Assembly (NCBI GenBank): GCA_976551045.1 | Contig: CDPCPM010000280.1 | Coordinates: 248,001-312,000 of the forward strand | From: Glaucostegus cemiculus | Taxonomy: Eukaryota | Length of the DNA: 64,000 bases | Direction of reading: 5' to 3' | Shown here: positions 1-10,366 of the stretch, piece by piece | How the letters are laid out: each line of letters opens with the position of its first letter | Numbering within the stretch: the stretch's first letter is position 1 | Notes under the pieces: model-generated | The model's database searches: none | Seen by the model: only the letters and a program-made list of their open reading frames with translations | Told to the model about the DNA's origin: nothing | Position numbers and translations under genes: made by a program

Positions 1-482
1 ATAATATCTTTCCAACAGCATGACCAAAATTGAACACATTACTCCAAGCCTCACCAGCATCTTGTACAACTGCACTATAACTTCCGTACTCAATTTTCTG
101 ACTGATGAAGGTCAGGGTGCCAAGACCATTTGATTTTGCAAAATTCAACACCTTGTACTTAACAGAATTAAACTCCATTTACCATTGCTTAGCCCACTTA
201 TGCAGCTGATCAAGATCCCCTGGTAATTTTTTGATAAACACCTTCACTGTCCATGATACCACCTATTTTAGGGTTATCTGAAACTTACTAAGCATGCCTT
301 GTACATTATCCAAATAATTGATATAGATGATGAACAATAATGGGCCCAGCACCGATCCCTGAGGCACATCCCTGATCATGGGCCTCTAGTCCGAGAAACT
401 AGCTTCCAACGTCACTCTCTGCTTCCTACCATCAAGCCAATGGTACATCTAATTAGCTAGCTCTCCCTGGATTCCATGTGCT
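1..482 (-). mobile_element. CR1 (HER1-like) LINE ORF2/RT fragment, truncated by window edge
   Basis: Reverse complement resembles the CR1 RT region. It matches other CR1 copies here, e.g. gaccaaaattgaacaca and ctgactgatgaagg are shared with 31960-32060. Confidence 0.8.
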
Positions 483-509
483 ATCCTAAACCAACACACA
501 AACAGATTC

Positions 510-648
510 CCACAGTTGTTTGTGGGATATTGCAGGTGCTAATTGATAACTGTATTTCCTATGTTGAAAGACTGCAGATCTAAGATAATTCATTGATTGT
601 ATGGAATGTGCTAAATGTTATTATCAAGATATCAATGCAAGTCCTTGT
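510..648 (+). mobile_element. Degenerate SacSINE1/Deu-SINE-like 3' tail
   Basis: gttgtttgtgggatattgc...atttcctatgttg...aatgcaagtcctt resembles the tail also seen at 28640-28742. Confidence 0.4.
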
Positions 649-1740
649 TACCACTAGAAAAGTACAGAAACATGCTATTCATAATTTTTGTCTGTTTATG
701 CTCTCTGTTGGAGCAATACAAAATAACTCCCACTGTCTGTTCACTTGCTATCTTGCTTCAAATCTTTCCCACATGAAACATTTATCCCCTGTTGCATTTA
801 AAGATGCTCTGTCTGTGTTCTTTTGTTCATCTCTCTGTAGCAAAATATTTCATCGTCTCCATGTTTTGAATATAAATAAAACCTTAACTGTATTCTCACA
901 ATCTTAGTTGTAGTGCGAAAGTTATGATTGCTCTTCTGTAACTCATGAACTAGAGAAAATAATTTTCTCAGTTGACTCTCCTGAAGTTTTTCTGATATTG
1001 AAAAATTTAAACAAAATTTCCTCCCAGCCTTTTCACTATCTCGTGTCTCCTTTCATAATTCTGGTAACATTCTGATGAATAAACACTATTACTCCTCCGT
1101 GGTTGTGCATTAGTGTTAGTCTTGCTTTATTGTTACATCTTCATTTACATTATCCCACTCCTTGTCTTCTACTTCTGCTATCCTGTCATTTTTGTTGTGC
1201 TTTTCTTGCTTTTGGCCCTTTACAGTCTGCAGTTTTAGGACTGATTATGAACTGGAAAGCTTTTTCTTTATTCTCAGCCAGCAGTTACATCAGCTCAGTT
1301 TTTGTCCCTTTGTAATCCAGATGATCTTTTTACATGTTGTATTCACTTGTAAATTCAAAATGTGTTGAATTGCTTTCAATATACCAGTGTAATGCAGAAC
1401 CTAAGATATTTGCTACCAGTTGTCACATGTTCAAATTTGCTATTAGTTAATCCTTGTAAGCAGTATGATGATATTTCTAAGGATGCTGACTGCGTCTGCT
1501 CTATATCTCGATTGGTATTACTATTAAATCTTTAGAAATAGTAGATCCTAAATGTGTAAAAGCAGTAATCCATATATAGTAATCTTGAACATCTTTTGCA
1601 TACTCTTCTCTGTTGCTGTTATCTCTTAATTTGTTTTGTTTCTTCCCCAGTAGACTATATCTTCATGTCCATGATTGTTAAAAACTGCAAGTTACTGATT
1701 TAGTATATCCTTTATCTTACTGTCTTCTGAAACTGTATGT

Positions 1741-2073
1741 GGCACAGTGGCAGAACGGGAAGTGCTACTCCCGCACAGCTTCAGCCATCAGCATTGATGC
1801 TGCCTCTGTGGAGTTTGCATGTCCTCCTTTTGACTATGTGAGTTTGTTCTGAGTGCCTTGGTTTCCTCCCTTGCTCCAAAGATGCGTGGGTTAGTTGGTT
1901 AATGTAAATTGCACCTAATGTGTACATGAGGTAGAATCTGGGGGCAGTTGATGGGAATGTGTGGAGAATAAAGTGGAATTAGTCTAAGATTAGCGTAAGT
2001 GGGTGCTTAATGGTGGTCTGGACTCAGTGAGCCGAAAGGCCTGTTTCCATGCTGTCTGACTCTATAACTCTGA
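1741..2073 (+). mobile_element. HE1-like V-SINE with CR1/HER1-type tail
   Basis: tRNA-like head ggcacagtggc, V-domain (gtggagtttgcatgt...ggtttcctccc...ccaaagatg) and tail gccgaaaggcctgtttccatgctgtctgactctataactct. Confidence 0.8.
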
Positions 2074-2732
2074 CTTTAGGTTCCTCATGTTTCTCTAATC
2101 ATTGTGTTATGCATCATCATAAATTCCTTGTTAGCCTGTCTAATTTCTCTAACCAGTGTGCTTTTTAAATTTTTTTTGGAACTTTATCCCTTTCCCTTTA
2201 TAGAAACCTATTGTCTCATGAGAATTGCTATGCAAAATAAGGCTTAAGTACTCAATCTGCTTTTGATTTAGTAGAATCAGAACCAGGTTTTACGTCGTAT
2301 TAAAAAATAAAGGTTATATGAAGATGCTTAATAAAAAATTGACATTGTTTTTGAATCTCAAGTTGTTTGATTAATAGAGTTGAAGGGAAATCTTGCTAAA
2401 TATTTTATTTGTGGTGTCTGTTATGTTAATAATGGTGCAAAGTAATTGGCAAAAAAGGAAATCATTAACCGTAGATAGCAGTGAGTTCCAAGGAATTCAG
2501 TTCCACAAGCATACAATTATTCAGCTTGCAAATTGTTGAATTAAAAGAAACACTATTTTAAAATATTGTTGTAGGGATCTGAACAACATTGAGATTTATA
2601 CTATTCCATTTGGAAAGTAGTGTTGGTCTTTCTACTTTAACTGCTGCAATTCATACTGTGAAAAATGCACCTATAATCATTGAAAAGCGAAAGAATACTG
2701 ATACTAGAAAACTATATTTAAAAAAAACCAAG

Positions 2733-3118
2733 TTTCTGGAAAACAGCAGGTCAGGCAGCATATCTGGTGAGAGAAACAGTTAACATGTCAATAATCTTTC
2801 ATCACATTAGTGGTTAGCATAATGCTTTACAGTGCCAGTGACCCGGGTTCAAATCCGGCCACTGTCTGTAAGGAGTTTGTACATTCTCCCCGTGTCTGTG
2901 TGGGTTTCCTTCGGGTGCTGCAGTTTCCTCCCACATTCCAAAGACGTATAGGTTAGGAAGTTATGGGCATGCTATGTTGGCGCCAGAAGCGTGTCGACAC
3001 TTGTGGGCTGCCCCCAAAATCACTATGCAAAAGGTGTATTTCACTGTGTGTTTCGATATACATGTGACTAATAAAGATCTTATCTTATCTCTAACACTCA
3101 TTGACCTGAAATGTTACC
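2733..3118. mobile_element. Penelope-derived palindromic mini-element split by a SINE (arms about 2733-2803 and 3097-3118)
   Basis: Left arm cagcaggtcaggcagcat...gagagaaacagttaacatgtcaataatctttcatca. Right arm remnant cattgacctgaaatgtta. Confidence 0.5.
2808..3092 (+). mobile_element. V-SINE with Rex1-type 3' tail and (ATCTT)n end
   Basis: B-box GGTTCAAATCC at 2846-2856, V-domain, and tail tttcactgtgtgtttcgatatacatgtgactaataaagatcttatcttatct. A second copy lies at 37833-38122 (-). Confidence 0.85.
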
Positions 3119-3797
3119 ATTTGTGGAGAGAGAAGCAGAGTTTTCTGATCTCCTGTAATTATGTTAGGTAAGGAACTTATCTTGCAGTTACATTTGTTGA
3201 TATGTCTCATCAGTTTAGCTCCTGGTCAGTGGTAATCCTGAATGTGTTAGTGATAAAGATATCGTCTTTGATTGTATAGTATTATGTGATGATTAAGATA
3301 TTTACGATTTTACATCATTATTAAAGCAAGGTTGTGATAAGGTCTGGAGCTTAATGTTTCTGGTAGATTATTGATGAGTAGGTATTATTTAATGGCATGT
3401 TAATGATGTCGGGCCACAACACAGATAATTGGTGGAAAATGTCAATTGGGAGGTACTTGGCCAGGTGAGATTTTATATTTGAGGCCTCTCAAATTATTAG
3501 TTGACAGGAGAGGGGAATAAAATGTTTATTTCTGTAGTTGGAATATAACCTGTCAAATCATTTTTTCTATATTAACTGGTTGCTGATAGCATAGTGGTAC
3601 TCAAAGAATGTAGCTGGGGATGTTATCTAGTTCTAGTGATGCAGCTGTGATGCATTCTGTTCTTTCAGCCTTTATTACGTCTAGCTATTGTGTACTGTGG
3701 CATTAACATTCCCACTGAAATTAGTAGTAAAGAGTAAATCTGTATATTCAATGTTACCACGATAATCTGTGTCCATCCAACTTGGAAAATGTTATGT

Positions 3798-4060
3798 TGT
3801 GGCAACTCACTGGTATCGAACCGGCTCCCGTGATCGCGAGTGTTATCAGAGGCCCTGACCGAAGATGGCGCAGGGCCTTCTACTTCGTTGGGCTAGGAAA
3901 GCCTGTACGCAGCAAGGTCAAGTGACCTGTGTGTGACGTCAGAAGCGTGGGAAGAGTTTCAGTATTAAAAGGGGCACTGCGCCTCGGTCGTTCATTCGAC
4001 TTTTGACTCAAACTAACTGACTCAGTGTGTTATTCATTAGTAGGGCAGTTAGCTGCCACA
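3798..4060 (+). mobile_element. Solo LTR (Gypsy-like, 263 bp)
   Basis: TG...CA termini and imperfect 14-bp terminal inverted repeats (tgtggcaactcact / agttagctgccaca). Perfect 4-bp TSD ATGT at 3794-3797 and 4061-4064. CpG-rich. Strand inferred from the TATA-like motif. Confidence 0.85.
3850..3970 (+). promoter_or_regulatory. Promoter-like motif cluster inside the solo LTR
   Basis: YY1-like AAGATGGCG (3862-3870), AGGTCAagTGACCT (3915-3928), CRE TGACGTCA (3934-3941) and TATTAAAA (3963-3970). Motif matches only. Confidence 0.45.
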
Positions 4061-4677
4061 ATGTAACATGAAATTAACCAAACTGGCTGGACACAGGTAT
4101 TCTACAGTGAGAAAACTGAAAGCTAATTAAGACTGTCCATGAAACACTTTAGGCTGAAGGCCAGGTTCAAATACTGGCACTTCTGTGGGTTCCATTGTGG
4201 CTGAACCACATTTCAGTTAGTTATGTAGTGGCCAGGTGTTATCAAACTTTGCTATTGCTGATCTCTATTCTTACTGTGTTTAACAGGCACATAACCCTCC
4301 TTTAACTTTGTTAAATTTTTATCTAAAAATACTCCTGGTAAACCCTTCTACAGTGTGCGTAGATGCAGGCTTGTGGCTAGATGTTGATCCAGGAGTGAAG
4401 GATGTGATGCACCAAGAGTTTACAAGTTGTTGTGGTATAAATCTTTGAATATCTAGATCTATTCTTTCCTGTTAATTTCAGGGGTAATGATAACGCCACA
4501 GTACATGATAGCTGATTTCTTCACTGGAATCAAAATTAGGTCTTCAAAGTTAATTCTGGCTTAATAAACTTCATAATGGTCCAAGTAACCTCCCCTCAAA
4601 ATCTACTTAATATTAAGCCTTTAATTTCACTCGTTAACCGTTTCCTTTTGTGTCCCATCCCCTGCATATCTTTTCCA

Positions 4678-5075
4678 AAAGTAAAATTCTGCAGATGCTG
4701 GAAATCTGAAATAAAAACTGAAAGTGTTGAAAATAGTTAGAGAACATCCGTGGAGTTAATATTTTGGCTCGGTGACTCTGTGTTAGAACCAGAAAAGTTT
4801 TAAAGAATTTTTAAAGTGCAGAGAAGTAGAGAGGAGCCAAGAGAACAAATGTTTGATGTGTGAAAATGAAAGATATAGAAGCAGTGCAAAGAGGAGGCAC
4901 TTGAAATCTTAAATTACTGATAATGGAGAGAAGGGGAGAAATGAGATACAAGACTTGAATGACTGATCTGAAATGTTGAATTCAAAGTTGAGCCTATTAT
5001 GTGCCCATCTGAAAGGTGAGGTACAATTCCTTGAGATGTTCTTGGACGAATCACAGGTGGTGATGAGTCAGCTTA
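4678..5075 (-). mobile_element. Penelope-like element 3' fragment
   Basis: ctgcagatgctggaaatctgaaataaaaac terminal motif, purine-rich body, and gaaatgttgaattcaaagttgag (reverse of the GIY-YIG ORF C-terminus seen at 36860-36920). Confidence 0.6.
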
Positions 5076-5084
5076 CTGGAGCAA

Positions 5085-5912
5085 GATAGGACACCTGACT
5101 GAGTGATGCCTCAACAACAACCTTTCACTCAATGACAATAAAACTAAAGAGCTAATTGTTGACTTCAGGAATGTGAACATGTGCCAGTCTACATTAAGGA
5201 ATCGGCAGTGGAGAGAGTGAGCAGCTTTAAATACCTGAATGTTAGCATATCGGATGACCTTTCCTGGGCCCTGTGCATGGATGCAATCATAAGGAAAGCG
5301 CACCAACATTTTTACTTTCGCAGGAGGTCAAGGAGGTTTGGCTTGTCACTGAACACTCTAACAAACTTCTACAGATGTCCTGTTGAAAGTGTCCTGACTG
5401 GTTGCATAATGGTCTGGTATGGCAATTCAAGTGCACAGGAATGTAAGAAGCTGCAGAGAGTAGTGGACTCTACCCAATACATCACGGGCACATCCTCCTC
5501 ACCATCAGTAGTATCTACAGGAGGCACTGATTCAAGAAGGCGACATCCCCATCATCCAGGCCATGTCATCTTCTCACAGCTACCATCACGCAGGAGGTAC
5601 AAGAAGCCTGAAGTCCCACACCACCAGGTTCAAGAAAGAGCTACTTTCCTTCAGCCATTCAGTTCTTGAACCAACTGGCAAAACCCTAGTCACTGGAGTT
5701 TAGCAACACTTTGATCACTTTGCACTAAAATGAACTTATTTTTTATCTAATTGTGTTCTTTCTTGTAAAAATTGTGTTTAATTTATGTTTTTCTTGTGAA
5801 TGCTACTTGTATGATCTTATGTGCCTGCAATGCTGCTTCAAATAAGGTTTTCATTGCATTTGTGTGTACATGTACTTGTGCATCTGACAATAAACTTGAT
5901 TTTGACTTTGAA
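5085..5912 (+). mobile_element. Rex1/Babar-clade LINE 3' fragment
   Basis: ORF 5181-5669 (VERVSSFKYL...FYRCPVESVLTGCIMVWYGNSSAQECKKLQRVV) is the typical post-RT region. It is preceded by a KTKELIVDFR-coding segment and ends in tgacaataaacttgattttgactttga. Confidence 0.9.
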
Positions 5913-7439
5913 CCTTGGAATAGTGTAGGAGGCTTTATTTTAACAAATAGTTTTCATCTGAATTATTTGTCTGTGAAATCTTACTCTATCTTGCATTTTG
6001 CTTGAACAACTAGGATTACTATAAATCAGGACACTCAGAATTCTTACAATTTCAGGCAGCGTCTTAGAGAAATGCAGTTCAATATGTCAGACAGAAACAC
6101 TCATTTATAGAGACGGGTAAAGGCTACGTTATAAAACTGCTGGCTCCAAAAGATGTTTTTGTAACTTAATGCTTTAGCTGTACTTGTGTTCATGTAATGA
6201 AATTTCACCAAAATGTGCACCCTAATTTGGAACTTGCAGTGAGGAATTAGACAGATGGACTTGAAACAAATAATGATACATGAGACATGGCATAATTTGT
6301 GGAAAAAAGTCTAAAATGCTGAATAATTTTTGTGATGCATTGCTTTCAGAATTGAATATTTTTAAATAAATTGCTGGTATATAAGGAAATCCCTTGATTG
6401 GATATAGATGGTACATAATGGCAACTTTTTTTTTGAGAAACCAGTAGCTACTTGATACTAATGATGAAATTGTAAACTTGTTCTTTTAACATGATTAAGG
6501 ATTTGTTGTAAAACTAGCAGACATAGTGTTGATTTAGAGAGATGGATATTATGTTTTGGACCCATTCAGGGTGCATGTTATTTCTGTGAGCATTTTAAAT
6601 TTTGTCATTATTTGAACCCATTTCTTTCACTGTACATTTTTTTCCCTTTTAGAACCTTGTGTTCTGGCAAATGAATATGTTGCATCATGTTTCTCAAACC
6701 ATGTTTGTTTCACGATTTATTAACTAAACTGGTTTATGCTTGTGGAAATTGAATGCAGTGAAGAGAAAACAATTCAGAAATGACAATTAGAGTCAAAATT
6801 GATCAGAAATTATTGACACGGCCTTTTTATACCTCCCAGCAATAGCATGCTGTCATTTGCACAACCATTGCAAATTTACTTGACGAATAGTTACTCCTTC
6901 AACAGCTGTACTTGTTCAACTACAAATGTTTCATTTCAAAATGCATGGTATTATTTCAATATAATTAATAAATGGAGCTTTTTTTAATGCCTTCTATTTT
7001 GTAGCCCATGGCCAATAATTCTGTTTTCTCATTGTGCACTTTTTTGCTTGATTAAGAAATGGTTCTCATCAAAACATTTTCAGTTTTACATATGGAAATT
7101 TTAAAATCAATTGTATTTGCCTTCTGTTTCCTTGTGCATGAATTTAACGTCAGTTCCCTTGGCTTAAAAATGGCATCACAGTGAGATTTGCCTAATGCTC
7201 CTTAAATGTAAAAGAAACAAAAAATGTTGAAGCATATTTGTCTCTTGGGATAGTCCCTCAGGATCAAATATGCTTTGCTTCCACTGCAGTGATGAGTGAA
7301 AGACGGCTAAGCATGAATTCTTTAAATGTGGGATGGTTATCACAAACCAGCACACCATACCATGATGTCAGAGCAAGATCTGGATTCACTGGCAAGGAGT
7401 TGTAAGCTGAATGGAATTTGCTGTGTCGCATGGGATGCA

Positions 7440-7745
7440 GGCATGGGCACACATAAACAATCCCACCCCCACATACAGGCAGGCACAAGCATACACCCCA
7501 ACCTGCATATACATGTGCAAGTATATGCCTATGCACACAGATGCCAGCCCATCTACACACACTGTCAAGCCTATATGCTAACCCAAGCATGCACACCCAA
7601 ACGTATACCTGCCCAGAGATGCCTACCAATTTGCGTGCACACGTACATGTCTATACACATATGCCTACACACGTTCACATGCTAATACACGTGAACATGT
7701 ACTCACCCACCCTCATATGTGCATGCCCAAACATAAACTTACTCC
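7440..7745. repeat. Degenerate alternating purine-pyrimidine (CA/TG/TA) low-complexity tract
   Basis: Runs such as gcatatacatgtgca, gcgtgcacacgtacatgt and atacacatatgc. Confidence 0.8.
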
Positions 7746-7814
7746 TTCTCACATCTGACCTGCATTTAAGCTAAATGCAGATGCATTCTATCCACAAGTA
7801 TGATTGTTCTTGCT

Positions 7815-8300
7815 CGTACTCTCTTTAAATCTCTCCCCAAACCTCTCCTTCCCTCAATTTTCTTTCAACTCGGCGGCTACCTCCCAGTTCCACTTTTCCT
7901 ATTCCCTACCCCCTAGCTTTCTCCTTCCTCTAACCCTCCTTCCTTTAATCCTCACTGGCCAAGTACTTCCCTCCCTTGGTCTTGATTCTGCTTTTCTCTC
8001 CCTTTTCTCCTTCCCTCTGTTGCCTTACCTCCTCCTTCAGTCCCCTTTCTTCACTCCTTTTTCCCTTCCCTCTTCCCACTATCACTCCCCTTTCACTCCC
8101 ACTTATTCATCCTTGGCTCCAGCTAATTTAAATCAAATGTCTACCTTTAGCTCCTTGGATTGAATTTCCCCACTATTCCTAATTACCACTCCCAACTATA
8201 CCACCCAAGGCTTGTGGCCCAATGCAAGCTCCCCCAGTTTTCTCTTTATTCTTCAATCCTTCTTTGCCAATCTCCCTTGCTCCCTGGTTTACTCTCTCAT
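7815..8300. repeat. Polypyrimidine (CT-rich) low-complexity tract
   Basis: About 480 bp dominated by C/T, e.g. ttttctctcccttttctccttccctct. Confidence 0.75.
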
Positions 8301-8574
8301 CAGTAACTAGAAAGTAAACTGGAAATATGGTAGTAATGAGAAGTGAGAAAAACATGAAGGTGCAAAAGAAAAGTTAAGAAGAATCATGAGAGAAATAGAA
8401 GGAGAAAACTGGTTTGGTTATCATAAAGTCTTTATTTTTAATCTTTTACTTTCCCTGACCCCTAACACTCTGCTGTTCAATAGTTTTATACAGATAAATG
8501 TAGCAGTTTATCCACGTAACTTGTGAATGACAATGGATAATTGAACAGTTAACTTGCAGAGGAAGCTGCACAGA

Positions 8575-8965
8575 TAATGCCATTTTCATTGATGGTGGAG
8601 GCCAGCAAGCAAGTCCAAAGGTGAATCTCAAGTGTTTACTTTCATTTTTCAGTCAAAAATGCTGAGCAGATGACCCACCACTATTTCCTTCTGAGGTCTT
8701 CACAGGAGCTAGTCTTCAGCTAATTCACTTCAATTCTATACGATATCAAGAAATGGCTGACTGTACTAGATATAGCAAAATTAATGGGCCCTGCCAGCAT
8801 TTTGGCTGTAGTGCCAAAGACATGCTCCATATCTAGTTGCACCTCTAATCAGATCAAGTTGTTCAAGGTCAGCTGCATATCTAGCATCAACCCAACAAAG
8901 TGTAAATTGCCTAGCTCTGCCCTGTCCACAAAAAACAGAACAAATCCAGTTGAGACAGTTAATAC
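8575..8965 (+). mobile_element. Internal fragment of the CR1-group LINE family seen at 52040-57092
   Basis: gtcttcagctaattc...tcaagaaatggctga...atgggccctgccagcattttggctgtagtgcc aligns by eye to 54580-54720. Confidence 0.65.
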
Positions 8966-8994
8966 TCCTACTTTGTTTGCTCTTTCATGGAATT

Positions 8995-9284
8995 TGATGA
9001 CCCTGGCAGGGCTGCCCTTCATTGTCCATCCCAAATTGCCCTTGAACTGCTGAATCAGTTAAGAGTCAATTGCATTGGTAAGTCAAGAACAGGTCATAGT
9101 GGGTAAGCGGAGCATATTTCCTTCCCTGAATGTTACCTTTCTTGGTGATAGAAATTTTTAAAAAATTAAATTTATTTAATAGCTTGAATTTAAATTCCCT
9201 AGCTGGAATGGTGGGATTTGAACTTATCTTGGGTACAATAGTCCATGACTCTGGACTAACCTAACCACTATGCTACTGTACTCC
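8995..9284 (-). mobile_element. tRNA-derived SINE (family matching the 5' and 3' ends of the LINE at 52040-57092)
   Basis: Minus-strand A-box TAGCATAGTGG (9265-9275), B-box GTTCAAATC (9215-9223), gaatttaaattcaa core, and tail gggcaatttgggatggacaatgaagggcagccctgccag. Confidence 0.75.
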
Positions 9285-10147
9285 CATTTTCTAGCCTCAG
9301 TTGTTAGCAAGGTAATCCATATGTCATCAATGGTAATGCCAGGTTCCACTTACTCATACTCTGGGATCCAGCCTTTGTTCCTCACTACAGTCTTGGTTCT
9401 AATTGTTGTGGGCAAGAGAATTTCAGAAGTTAGGTGGGACTGAATGTCATTCTCATCCTGGGAGTATTGGACTGAGTGTAGTATCAAGAAGCCTCAGTAA
9501 AATTATTTTCAATGAGAGTTTTTGCAAAGCTATTCACTAATTGAAAGTGTGTAAAGTGTGAAGGGCATTGGTTGTTGCTTTGGAAGTCAATGTCTTCAGT
9601 TTTAGGGAATTACTGCAGGAGTTTCTAAAGGCAGTGCTGAAGCCACAGCCATTTTTCAACTGCTTTATCAACAAGATGGAAGTGGGGAAACATTGAGTGA
9701 TGATTTTAGAGTGTTTGTAGTTAAGTTGCGAGTAGGCTGCAGTAGAGTTTGTTGGGTTGTAGATTTTTGTTTGTGATATCAGCATGTAGAGTTTCCAGAT
9801 CTAAGGCTGACATTTACCTACTTTGTTTTGGTTTTTAAGGTGAACTGAGATTTATATTGGGAAAATTTAAACAAGTAGTACATACAAAATAAGCCTTACA
9901 TTTTGTTGGAAGATATAATGCAAAGTTGGGACCGGACAATGGTGTACGCAACAGCAGTTTCTTATAATTTGTGCTGAATAACCGTGGCATGCCTTCAGCA
10001 GTTATGCCATCTACGTGTTCATTTTCTATAGTGAGGGAGGAAAGGATCTATAAATTCAAGTTGTATTGAGGGAAAAGAAAGTTGAAATACATCAATGTGG
10101 TTTGGTCAGGTTGAGGACAAAAGAAAAAGTAATTAGAAGGCAGAATG

Positions 10148-10366
10148 CAGGGTTGTCCACAGTTTACAGCAGAGCTCTGTTCCCATGAATTGTTTGTAAC
10201 CCAAGCAGATCATGAGTCAGAAATGCAGCCACGAACCAAGTTCCCACAGCAGAAGATGCCTGCAGCCCCACAGCAGCCCCCAAATCCATACCACCAGTCT
10301 CTCAAAAGCCCATTTGTATGTATGGGCTGTATGTAAGTTGGGCATTCATAACTTGAGGAGGACCTG
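10148..10366. mobile_element. Tc1/mariner (Tigger-like) MITE
   Basis: Degenerate TIRs cagggttgtccacagtttac and cataacttgaggaggacctg. The right flank is TA and the left flank is TG. Confidence 0.5.

Noticed and set aside
100-112. Other CTGATGA matches as hammerheads (also near 15356, 28345, 32044)
   Set aside because: No stem II followed by GAAA and no stem I; most lie in CR1 or Deu-SINE sequence.
3915-3928. Estrogen response element
   Set aside because: The spacer is 2 bp; the canonical ERE needs 3 bp. Kept only as a generic IR2 motif.
5181-5669. 162-aa ORF as a host gene
   Set aside because: It is the post-RT region of a Rex1/Babar LINE with a frameshifted end and a LINE tail.
7264-7774. 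Several overlapping His/Cys/Val-rich ORFs on both strands
   Set aside because: By-product of the CA/TG low-complexity tract, which lacks stop codons.
7804-8163. Leu/Ser/Pro/Phe-rich 119-aa ORF resembling a membrane protein
   Set aside because: Translation of a polypyrimidine tract.
9215-9284. tRNA gene (A and B boxes)
   Set aside because: No cloverleaf, and it continues into a SINE body. The same applies to the heads at 2808 and 38122.
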